A DNA stretch of 64,000 nt from a virus. Shown here piece after piece: positions 9,533 to 17,055 of this stretch (position 1 is the stretch's first letter; each line of letters begins with the position of its first letter). A program made the position numbers and the translations under genes. The stretch is taken from positions 10,743-74,742 of IMG/VR virus record IMGVR_UViG_3300022907_000007; one strand, 5' to 3'. The notes beneath the pieces were generated by a model. It saw nothing but the letters and a program-made list of their open reading frames with translations, was not told where the DNA came from and did not search any database.

Positions 9533-11139
9533 AACTCCTCATCTTTTACCTCAGTCATTCTACCTGTTGCGTGAGTATAAAGCAAGCTACAAGCAGGACC
9601 AGTGATACCACAGAAACGATTCTTCAGTACCCGCACGCGAGTGGTATTACGCTCAGTGATATCCTCAGCCTGACCGTTACGCTCCAGACCAATCACCATG
9701 TCAGATAGCTGTGCGATAGAACCAGAGCCACGCAACTGTGCCAGTGATGTAGCTGTCCCTTCCTCATGTCCCTTACCTTCAGGACGCTTGAGGTGTGAGA
9801 CACAGATAAGACATATACCTGTCTCTTGCACCAACATCCGGAGCTTGGTCATGATCTCATCTATCGCTTTACGTTCGTCACCACTGGCTTGAGCAGACAC
9901 CACGATACTAATATGATCGAGAAATATATAACTACACCCCAATCCTTTAGCAAGATATCGGACACGATTAATAATGTTATCGACGCTAGTGCTACCGAAA
10001 TGGTCAAAGAGATATATGCGATCAGTCCCAAGAGTTTTGCTAAAAGCATCACGCTTCTCCTCTTCAGTGGCATCTGAGTCTGGTAGATGCAGTGGTTGAT
10101 TTGCCGCAAGCGACATGATAGACAGCGCAGACTTCCGCACTGACTCCTCTAAGAACATCAGACCTACGTTGTCCTCTGTCTTATTCAAGATGTGCCATAC
10201 AATCTCTCGCACAAACTGTGACTTACCTAGTCCAGATCCTGCAGTGATAGTCACTAGCTCACCCTTACGTACACCATAGGTTAACTTGGTTAACCCTGCG
10301 AATGGGTAATCACAGTCCGATGGGGCAACAGGTTTCATTACCTCCTCAAGCAGAGTACCACCCGCAACAATACCATCAGGTACGTGCTGTTCAGAAGACC
10401 ACCACTTGTCAGTGAACTCCTTCATCTTCTTGTTCTGAAGATAGTCGCACGCATCCTTCATACCATCGAGGTGCATAAAGACTTTGGCTTTACTACCAAA
10501 GATCTCTGCCGCCTGTGATGCCGCACGCTTGCCTGCATCGTCACCGTCAAAGCAGATCACGACGTTGTCAAAGGAATCTAACCACTCATACTGAGCGCGG
10601 ATGTCTTTGGCGGCAGAGGCCGCACCGTTCCGTACCGAAACCACCGGATACTTAGACCCTAGCATTTGGTATGCCGCCATCGCATCGAACTCTCCCTCAA
10701 CAATGGTGACGTACTTACCACCCTTGCTGAATAGATTCTGTCCGTACAGCACAGCACTCTTCCAGTCACCTGCGATTGAGAACTGCTTGTCCTCTGCACG
10801 TTCCTTCTGTGCCACGAGTTGACCACTCGCATTACAGTAGCCAAAGAATGTAGTGCCGTCAGCGACAGAGCACTTGTATGCCTTGGCGGTATCGCTACTG
10901 ATACCACGGTCAATAATTGTACGATACCCTGCGTCTTGGAACTTAGACAGTTGAGTATCAGTCAGTTGTTTAGCTTCCACCTGTACCTCCCTATGGGTTG
11001 GTGTGTAATCGTCGCTCTGTGAGCCTGTGTATGCCTCGCAGACAAAGCAAAAGGATGAACCGTCATCGTTGTATGACAGCCCATCGCTTGAGCCACAGTC
11101 ACTGCATGGTTGGTGCGTCTTGACAAATGGCACGCTCAT
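9529..11139 (-). CDS. Primase-helicase (T7 gp4-like)
   Basis: CxxC..CxxC zinc finger, TOPRIM EGEFD/FDGD, Walker A GSGLGKS, LRGSGSIAQLSD, KNR. Confidence 0.95.
   Translation of the reverse strand: MSVPFVKTHQPCSDCGSSDGLSYNDDGSSFCFVCEAYTGSQSDDYTPTHREVQVEAKQLTDTQLSKFQDAGYRTIIDRGISSDTAKAYKCSVADGTTFFGYCNASGQLVAQKERAEDKQFSIAGDWKSAVLYGQNLFSKGGKYVTIVEGEFDAMAAYQMLGSKYPVVSVRNGAASAAKDIRAQYEWLDSFDNVVICFDGDDAGKRAASQAAEIFGSKAKVFMHLDGMKDACDYLQNKKMKEFTDKWWSSEQHVPDGIVAGGTLLEEVMKPVAPSDCDYPFAGLTKLTYGVRKGELVTITAGSGLGKSQFVREIVWHILNKTEDNVGLMFLEESVRKSALSIMSLAANQPLHLPDSDATEEEKRDAFSKTLGTDRIYLFDHFGSTSVDNIINRVRYLAKGLGCSYIFLDHISIVVSAQASGDERKAIDEIMTKLRMLVQETGICLICVSHLKRPEGKGHEEGTATSLAQLRGSGSIAQLSDMVIGLERNGQAEDITERNTTRVRVLKNRFCGITGPACSLLYTHATGRMTEVKDEEL
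10279..10295 (+). repeat. Double-GTTAAC motif copy 3 (inside primase-helicase)
   Basis: GGTTAACTTGGTTAACC. Confidence 0.9.
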
Positions 11140-11338
11140 TCTCCTTGTAGAAATCTGCCATCAATGATAGCGCATATGACTCCTTGTTGTCAGCGCAGTA
11201 GTCTGCAAGAGAAGTCAGCACTCGATGTAATCCATAACGATAAATCAAATCGCAAGTGTCAACAAGAACTTGATGTTGAATCATCTCTTCCATCGCAAGA
11301 GTAAAATCGTCAACAGGAATATTTAAATCTTTATACAC
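11099..11338 (-). CDS. Hypothetical protein
   Basis: ORF with AGGAG RBS, coupled to the primase gene. Confidence 0.6.
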   Translation of the reverse strand: MYKDLNIPVDDFTLAMEEMIQHQVLVDTCDLIYRYGLHRVLTSLADYCADNKESYALSLMADFYKENERAICQDAPTMQ

Positions 11339-11410
11339 TTCAGCACTCCTAAGTAGATGTAAGAGATAACTAAGATAATAATTATCTCTTGCATATGTCT
11401 TTAAAGTAAT

Positions 11411-11439
11411 ATTATATCACGAATCAGGACGAAAGTCTG
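11411..11439 (-). promoter_or_regulatory. Extended -10 sigma-70 promoter for the replication operon
   Basis: TGaTATAAT with weak -35; followed by an AAGAGATAA/TTATCTCTT leader hairpin. Confidence 0.55.
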
Positions 11440-11614
11440 CTTGAAAAAGATCATCATCATCTTCATGCATTAGATCCATTCGCTCGACAGCCTTTACCTC
11501 ATCCTTAACAAAGGTATAACAATGATTGCATAAGTCTATGAATTCATTGGTCTCAGCACTCTTGCGTGTGGACTCAAAGTCTGTCAGTTCTACGTTACAC
11601 GATAGGCATCTCAC
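11417..11614 (-). CDS. Small zinc-finger protein (CxxC...CxxC) with acidic tail
   Basis: RCLSC...LCNHC; GTG start after AAGGAG. Confidence 0.65.
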   Translation of the reverse strand: MRCLSCNVELTDFESTRKSAETNEFIDLCNHCYTFVKDEVKAVERMDLMHEDDDDLFQADFRPDS

Positions 11615-11650
11615 AACTGTGCGCTCCTTATTAAGTACAGTAAGATGACT

Positions 11651-11679
11651 AGTATAACACACCCGAATAAAAATCTCAA
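11651..11679 (-). promoter_or_regulatory. Sigma-70 promoter
   Basis: TTGAGA-17 bp-TATACT with extended TG. Confidence 0.7.
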
Positions 11680-11909
11680 ACGTGACTCCACGCCCCATCA
11701 CGGGCATTGACAATTTCCCACACACGTTGCTTGCTGATGCCAAACTTCTCACCGATAGCCCGCTGAGATAGGCTGTCAAGTTTTTCTTTGGCGCGTATGC
11801 GCTCTTGATTCAACTCAAGAATCAATCGAACATCGCTCTCATCAATCTTTGCGTTGTGATGCTTCGATCCGCGTGGTGCATAAGGACGATCTGTATCATA
11901 ATTAGCCAT
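11676..11909 (-). CDS. Stand-alone HTH DNA-binding protein resembling the C-terminal domain of HNH homing endonucleases
   Basis: RGSKHHNAKI...SQRAIGEKFGISKQRVWEIVN...W.HV. Confidence 0.65.
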   Translation of the reverse strand: MANYDTDRPYAPRGSKHHNAKIDESDVRLILELNQERIRAKEKLDSLSQRAIGEKFGISKQRVWEIVNARDGAWSHV

Positions 11910-11931
11910 TGTGTTCTACCTTGTATATACA

Positions 11932-11963
11932 AAAAAAATACGAGGTTAACTTGGTTAACCCCG
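11932..11963 (-). terminator. Probable intrinsic terminator whose stem is double-GTTAAC motif copy 4 (11944-11960)
   Basis: Minus strand CGGGGTTAAC-CAA-GTTAACCTCG then TATTTTTTTT. Confidence 0.65.
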
Positions 11964-11969
11964 CGAGTG

Positions 11970-12257
11970 TTATTCGTAACTTACCTCTTCCATTTTCATT
12001 GATGGTCCTTCATCCACAACATAACGCCAGATCTCTCTGTCTGTTCCACACATCCACTTGACTTCCTCGATGAACCCTTGTGGCAAACTCTGGCTGTAGT
12101 CTTCCAACTCAACAGACTGCAAGTGCCATGAGTCAGGGATATCATAACCCTTCTCAAACTTCCACACGACATTGAGACAGAACTCATTGTCCTCTGGGTC
12201 ATACCACCAATGAGTACCGTAATACTCATGACCATCTTTGTATAAGCTAGTTGACAT
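11970..12257 (-). CDS. Hypothetical acidic early protein
   Basis: ORF in the tightly packed early operon. Confidence 0.6.
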   Translation of the reverse strand: MSTSLYKDGHEYYGTHWWYDPEDNEFCLNVVWKFEKGYDIPDSWHLQSVELEDYSQSLPQGFIEEVKWMCGTDREIWRYVVDEGPSMKMEEVSYE

Positions 12258-12600
12258 ACATCACCCCATACATTCTACCTACTTCATCACGGGTCATAAA
12301 CTTGTGGTCAATGTCCGCAACATCCTCTGCATCAAGCCATGCATCCTTGGAGTTACCTCCCGCATCAATACCAAGGAACAACACACGACCTGCATACGGA
12401 TCAGGGTATATATCAGGGGCATACCAGAACTCAGACTCCTCATGTAACCCATTGTCATTGACATAGATTGCATCACCGCCCTCATCATAACCACCACTGC
12501 AGAAGATATCACACTGCAAATGCTTACTGATATCTGTGTAGTCATTCACTTCTACATTCTCAATCGTCTTGAGATATGGATCTACTAATACTGCTTTCAT
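12247..12600 (-). CDS. DUF3846-like early protein
   Basis: MKAVLVDP...IYVNDNGL...YAGRVLFLG pattern. Confidence 0.6.
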   Translation of the reverse strand: MKAVLVDPYLKTIENVEVNDYTDISKHLQCDIFCSGGYDEGGDAIYVNDNGLHEESEFWYAPDIYPDPYAGRVLFLGIDAGGNSKDAWLDAEDVADIDHKFMTRDEVGRMYGVMYVN

Positions 12601-12830
12601 TACTTCACCTCTGCTATCAAACCGTCACTCATTGTGACCTGTGCAAAAAACTCACGACCTTTGTTAGTCGTAAGCTGTGGTCTGTTAGAGCCTGTCAACA
12701 CACCATTAGGTCTGTACTCTGGACCAAAGTAGGATGTCTCAGTGTAGTTAAGACGCTGACCAATATGCTCACGCATTTCTTTCTTGCTACTGTAATTGAA
12801 TATCATCATGGTTATGTACCTATATGTCAT
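12600..12830 (-). CDS. Hypothetical early protein (alternative start 12809)
   Basis: ORF coupled to the next gene. Confidence 0.6.
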   Translation of the reverse strand: MTYRYITMMIFNYSSKKEMREHIGQRLNYTETSYFGPEYRPNGVLTGSNRPQLTTNKGREFFAQVTMSDGLIAEVK

Positions 12831-12877
12831 ACACTTTTAAAGACAAGCAGTTTTACATCATGCTCAGGATGGGAGGA

Positions 12878-13507
12878 TTAACCGATCAGCGCGGCAACGT
12901 GCATCTGAGATACTTCATTGCCATCTGCAAAACGCCCACGGTTACATGGCTTGTAAACTAATTGCTCACACCATGAGTCCCACAGTTTCTCTGTACTACG
13001 ATTGACCTTGCACAGGCTGACGTAGTTCATCAGCTTAGCAAACTTAGTCTGCGGCTTGGTGATGTCAGAGAATGTAAAGTCTTTGGGATCTACCTTGCGG
13101 AATCGTCGCAAGTTATGCACATCAAAACAACCAACACGACCGAACATCATCTGCATGACAAAGCCTGCCTTGACAGCGCGGAGTCCAGGCACTTCGACAA
13201 GACGCAACAACATCGCCGCATCTTTCTGATCCTGAGTACCACCAAACTCTTTCTTCGGTGACATCCACAACTGCATGAGATCATCATACAATTCCTTGCC
13301 GTGTTCTTGCAGATAATTGTGAGTGTCAATCTTGAATCCCCACACATACTTAGAGTTAACTTGGTTAACCCTGTAGTCGTCCATCTGACGCTTCATCGTA
13401 TGGAATGGTGTCTTCACAGACAGCACAACAAACATAATACCCATGCTCATTTGCTCATGGTTCTCTTGCATATACGCATTGATAATTGGATTATGATTCT
13501 TGAACAT
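12878..13507 (-). CDS. HhH-GPD superfamily (DNA glycosylase-like) protein
   Basis: LVEVPGLRAVKAGF...GCFDVHNLR resembles HhH hairpin plus catalytic D-x-H. Confidence 0.55.
   Translation of the reverse strand: MFKNHNPIINAYMQENHEQMSMGIMFVVLSVKTPFHTMKRQMDDYRVNQVNSKYVWGFKIDTHNYLQEHGKELYDDLMQLWMSPKKEFGGTQDQKDAAMLLRLVEVPGLRAVKAGFVMQMMFGRVGCFDVHNLRRFRKVDPKDFTFSDITKPQTKFAKLMNYVSLCKVNRSTEKLWDSWCEQLVYKPCNRGRFADGNEVSQMHVAALIG
13354..13370 (+). repeat. Double-GTTAAC motif copy 5
   Basis: AGTTAACTTGGTTAACC within the CDS. Confidence 0.9.
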
Positions 13508-13605
13508 TATTTTAACCCTCTCAAGAAATTAGAAATAACTTGGGACAGCAAATGCGCCGCCCCAATAAAGGCCAACAGGCCAAGCCACAGTACAAAGAAC
13601 TCCAT
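13507..13605 (-). CDS. 32-aa hydrophobic membrane peptide
   Basis: MEFFVLWLGLLAFIGAAHLLSQVISNFLRGLK; start and stop overlap both neighbours. Confidence 0.55.
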   Translation of the reverse strand: MEFFVLWLGLLAFIGAAHLLSQVISNFLRGLK

Positions 13606-13898
13606 CAGTCTTGAAACTCCGGAGTGTCTATCCCTTCATATGCTTCCATGATCTGACGACAATGAGTGTGAAAGAACTCTTGCATTCTTGTCTCAAGATC
13701 ACGAGCTTGATCATACGATAACTCACGCGCAACATGACGTATCGCCCAATAAGCACCACCAATCTTGCAACTCACGCGAGGCTCGAAAGTCTTCGGTTCG
13801 TTGTAAGCCACAGCATATTTATCAACGTCTTCAGGTCTTGTAATATCCTCAACAACTTCGCTGATGAACGCACCAAGTAATGTTTTAACTGTAATCAT
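13605..13898 (-). CDS. Hypothetical early protein
   Basis: GGAGG RBS upstream. Confidence 0.65.
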   Translation of the reverse strand: MITVKTLLGAFISEVVEDITRPEDVDKYAVAYNEPKTFEPRVSCKIGGAYWAIRHVARELSYDQARDLETRMQEFFHTHCRQIMEAYEGIDTPEFQD

Positions 13899-13914
13899 TT
13901 TGCAACCCTCCACA

Positions 13915-13931
13915 GGTTAACCAAGTTAACT
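13915..13931 (-). repeat. Double-GTTAAC motif copy 6 (opposite orientation)
   Basis: GGTTAACCAAGTTAACT on +; immediately upstream of an RBS. Confidence 0.9.
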
Positions 13932-14024
13932 TCACAGCCGGAATGCATACTGTCGCCCGACTGTGTAAGCACAGTATAACACAGCAGACCCAGTAAATCC
14001 GGCGTAAAAAAATTTATTTTAGAC

Positions 14025-14048
14025 AAAGAAAAAGGGGCTTTCGCCCCT
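14025..14048 (-). terminator. Intrinsic terminator after the first early gene
   Basis: AGGGGC-GAAA-GCCCCT-TTTTCTTT on minus strand. Confidence 0.8.
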
Positions 14049-14055
14049 CTCTCGA

Positions 14056-14595
14056 TTATGCCGCTTTCGGTGCGGCGGTCAGTTCCTTGAATGCTTTCTG
14101 GATATCGGCTTGGCTGTATCCCTCCTCGAATGCTTTCTCGATCAGTGCATTCATCTTCTCGCCGAGATCCCATTTCTTTGGTTGCGCCTCATCCCCTTCG
14201 GCTTCGCGGCAGAGTCCGGCCAGTGCGTTGATATTGGTGGCGCCCTTGAATTCTTGAACGACCATTGTCTTACCTTCGCCATTTCCCCATAGTTCGGGTT
14301 GCTCCTGTTGCTTTTTGCGGATGCCTAGTGCAAAATCTAGGATGCATTTTCTCGCTGATTTCAGCGCCTTGATGCTTTTCTTATCCCGTCCGGACGCGAG
14401 TAACATGGAATCAAAATCAGCGCAATAGGCCTTAATGATATCTTTGTCGAGGTTAACCGAGTTAACCATGTCAATCATGTTATCCACTTGCTTACCATCA
14501 GTAGAGTTTACAATCAACTCCACATCAGTATTCAAGAACTTCGCGTAAGACGCACCTTTCCCATCGAATTGAATCGCTTCGTTTTTAGTAGTCAT
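14056..14595 (-). CDS. First early gene, hypothetical 179-aa protein
   Basis: Own promoter, GGAGG RBS and terminator. Confidence 0.75.
   Translation of the reverse strand: MTTKNEAIQFDGKGASYAKFLNTDVELIVNSTDGKQVDNMIDMVNSVNLDKDIIKAYCADFDSMLLASGRDKKSIKALKSARKCILDFALGIRKKQQEQPELWGNGEGKTMVVQEFKGATNINALAGLCREAEGDEAQPKKWDLGEKMNALIEKAFEEGYSQADIQKAFKELTAAPKAA
14451..14467 (-). repeat. Double-GTTAAC motif copy 7
   Basis: GGTTAACCGAGTTAACC on +. Confidence 0.9.
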
Positions 14596-14658
14596 GAGAC
14601 CCTCCAGTCTATATATTTACTATTTAATTTATGATCATTTGTTATTGACCATATGTAC

Positions 14659-14686
14659 ATATTACCAGAGTCAGGGTAGATAGCAA
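14659..14686 (-). promoter_or_regulatory. Probable early sigma-70 promoter
   Basis: TTGCTA-16 bp-TAATAT with extended TG. Confidence 0.5.
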
Positions 14687-14691
14687 GCAAT

Positions 14692-14708
14692 TGTTAACCG
14701 AGTTAACC
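14692..14708 (-). repeat. Double-GTTAAC motif copy 8
   Basis: TGTTAACCGAGTTAACC on +; just upstream of the early promoter -35. Confidence 0.9.
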
Positions 14709-14821
14709 TTGTATATTTCTATCGATATGGCTGGGGTGATAGTTTAATACTATGGGGAGGCTATAGCGGGTACTTATCAGACCCTCACATTCAATAGTCT
14801 GGGGCAATGATTGCGTTATCT

Positions 14822-14863
14822 AGCAAGAACTATGCCAACTTTTCCATGCAAGAGGCGTGCCAA
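14822..14863 (-). promoter_or_regulatory. Two tandem sigma-54 (RpoN) -24/-12 elements
   Basis: Minus strand TTGGCACGCCTCTTGCA and TTGGCATAGTTCTTGCT, both GG-N10-GC, 25 bp apart. Confidence 0.7.
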
Positions 14864-15085
14864 CTATGGAGGGGCGGGGGAGGCGCACAACAGTACGTCG
14901 AATATAGTGTACCTGCTTAGACACAATAAAGGGTGAAATTAGGATTTAAATAAGAATGGTTCGCATTTGCGTAAAAGAGCTATAAGTATATTGTTATTAA
15001 TAGTAAAAATCAATCGCGCACTGCGGAGAACAGTCTACTGAAACCCGCTGAGTAAAGGGAATCTGTACTGATCTTTAAAAAGAGC

Positions 15086-15114
15086 TTGACATTTACTAAA
15101 AAGTATGCTACAAT
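15086..15114 (+). promoter_or_regulatory. Late-arm sigma-70 promoter
   Basis: TTGACA-17 bp-TACAAT with extended TG; shares AAAAGTATG with the 20389 promoter. Confidence 0.8.
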
Positions 15115-15205
15115 ATTAGCACTAAAGAGATACGCAAGAGACATATGCAAAAGAATTAATATTTAAAAGTAATAATCTCTTGCGATAAACTACATAGAGT
15201 ACAGA

Positions 15206-15589
15206 ATGACTGAGAATACTCAACCTAAAAAGCGTGGAAGACCCAAGAAGAGTCTTGTTGAATCCAAGAAGCCGGGCAATCGCGGTGTTAGAGGAAGACC
15301 TCCCGGCGATGCGGCGGCAATCAATGAGTTCAAAGCCCGATTGTTGTCCTCTCCACGGTCGCAAAAGGTACTCGATAGTATTATGAGTGCCGCATTAGAC
15401 GATGAACACAAGAATCAAGCGGCGGCATGGAAGTTATTAATGGATCGTATGTTACCCGTTAGTTATTTCGAGAAAGATAAAAACAATATGGGGCGATCTG
15501 CTGTATCTATTACCATCACTGGTGTAGGTGGAGAAACTGTAATCACAAATGACGAGGATATAATTGATGTTACCCCCGAATCTGATTGA
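15206..15589 (+). CDS. Probable terminase small subunit
   Basis: First late gene, two RGRP motifs, helical core, upstream of TerL. Confidence 0.6.
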   Translation: MTENTQPKKRGRPKKSLVESKKPGNRGVRGRPPGDAAAINEFKARLLSSPRSQKVLDSIMSAALDDEHKNQAAAWKLLMDRMLPVSYFEKDKNNMGRSAVSITITGVGGETVITNDEDIIDVTPESD

Positions 15590-16019
15590 TGTCATCAAGG
15601 AAGACCTTGTTAAACACGAAGGATACGTAACAGAAATCTATCTATGTTCTGAGAACTACCCTACCTTTGGGATTGGTCACATGGTTACGGAAAATGATAT
15701 GGAACATACGTGGCCTGTTGGTACACCAGTGACTGATGAGCGTATCCTCCAAGTATTCCATGATGATTGTAACGCCGCTTGCGTAGATGCAAGTGCATTG
15801 TTCCTAAACTTTAGCTCACATCCTGAAGATGTACAGCGTGTGTTAGTGAACATGGCGTTTAATCTAGGGCGTTCACGCTTAGGTAAGTTTAAGAATATGA
15901 TTACTGCTGTCAATGAGGGGAACTACTCCAAGGCCGCAGATGAGATGGTAGATTCAAAGTGGTATCGTCAGGTTAAACGCCGTGGCGAAGAACTCGTGGA
16001 GATAATGCGTGGCGTATAA
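15564..16019 (+). CDS. Lysozyme (GH24, T4-like)
   Basis: HEG...Y.....YPTFGIGH, LVNMAFNLG, DSKWYRQV..R. Confidence 0.85.
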   Translation: MMLPPNLIDVIKEDLVKHEGYVTEIYLCSENYPTFGIGHMVTENDMEHTWPVGTPVTDERILQVFHDDCNAACVDASALFLNFSSHPEDVQRVLVNMAFNLGRSRLGKFKNMITAVNEGNYSKAADEMVDSKWYRQVKRRGEELVEIMRGV

Positions 16020-17055
16020 AGTACAAGCAGGCGATACTCTAGGTAAGATCGCACAGAATCAAGGCGCAACTCTGGAACAGATCCTAGCATTGAACCCAGA
16101 GATTACAAACCCTAACATGATCCGTGCAGGTCAAGACATTCTCCTACCTGATACACCAGAGGATGAAGTTGTTTCCTTGGAATCAGAGTTTGATGCTCCT
16201 GCACCTGTAGAGCCACGTAACCTTGCTGAGGTTGTTCCTCCTGTGGAAGAAGAGTCTAGCATGGTAGACAGTATGTTTGGCGCAATAGGAGACATAGGAG
16301 CAGGATTAGTGAATATGTTAATCCCTTCTGCGCGTGCTGATGTATCTGAAGTTCCTGAAGAGAATGTTATTAAGGTTGGTGAGCCTCCTCCTGTAGAAGC
16401 TGTAGCAGACATCGCTGCATCTAAGAACCCTGCAAGTGTAGCCATGAAGTATCTTGGTATGTCAGAAGATGACAAGGAAGGAGCAGAAGCAATACGTGGA
16501 TTCTTTGATAATGCTGTGGGTAACTGGCGTGCAGATATGACACCAGAACAGTTTGCAAAAGAAACTCCGTGGTGTGCGGCATTTGTTACACAGGTACTAC
16601 GTGACTCAGGTGTCAACCCTCAAGAAGAACTAGGGCAAGACAGCTTTAATCAAATACGTGCCTCGTCCTATGCCAAAGCAGGCGTAGGGGTTTCTCCTGA
16701 GTTAGCTAAGCCCGGTGACATAATGGTTAAATTCCATGACGAAGCTACGCGAAAGAAATATAATACTGGACCTGCTCATGCGGGTATTGTTGTTAAAGTT
16801 GAAGGCGACACAGTATGGTACGTTGGTGGTAACACAGGCGATAAAGTTGAAGTATCTTCATATAGTTTGAAGGATAATGATATTCGGTTGCGTCGAGTTC
16901 GTGGTGCTTCAGATATTCCTCCAGAAAGTTTACCTTCAATTACTGAGCTACGTATTGGTAAAGCAGGTCGGAAGATTGCAGATGAGTTATCTAGTTTCTT
17001 TTCTGCAAGTGCCGCTTCTCCACAAGATCCAAATGTAAATATCAATGGAGCTTAA
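16009..17055 (+). CDS. LysM-domain plus CHAP/NlpC-P60-like peptidoglycan hydrolase
   Basis: N-terminal YKVQAGDTLGKIA...NPNMIRAGQ; PWCAAFV, HAGIV, GGNTGD. Confidence 0.8.
   Translation: MAYKVQAGDTLGKIAQNQGATLEQILALNPEITNPNMIRAGQDILLPDTPEDEVVSLESEFDAPAPVEPRNLAEVVPPVEEESSMVDSMFGAIGDIGAGLVNMLIPSARADVSEVPEENVIKVGEPPPVEAVADIAASKNPASVAMKYLGMSEDDKEGAEAIRGFFDNAVGNWRADMTPEQFAKETPWCAAFVTQVLRDSGVNPQEELGQDSFNQIRASSYAKAGVGVSPELAKPGDIMVKFHDEATRKKYNTGPAHAGIVVKVEGDTVWYVGGNTGDKVEVSSYSLKDNDIRLRRVRGASDIPPESLPSITELRIGKAGRKIADELSSFFSASAASPQDPNVNINGA

Noticed and set aside
11099-14595. T7-like single-subunit RNA polymerase or T7-type promoters
   Set aside because: No ORF of that size in the early arm; promoters seen are host sigma-70/sigma-54 type.
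2180-14708. GTTAAC repeats as a CRISPR array or CtrA boxes
   Set aside because: Copies are hundreds to thousands of bp apart with no spacers or cas genes; TTAA spacing is N5, not the CtrA N7.
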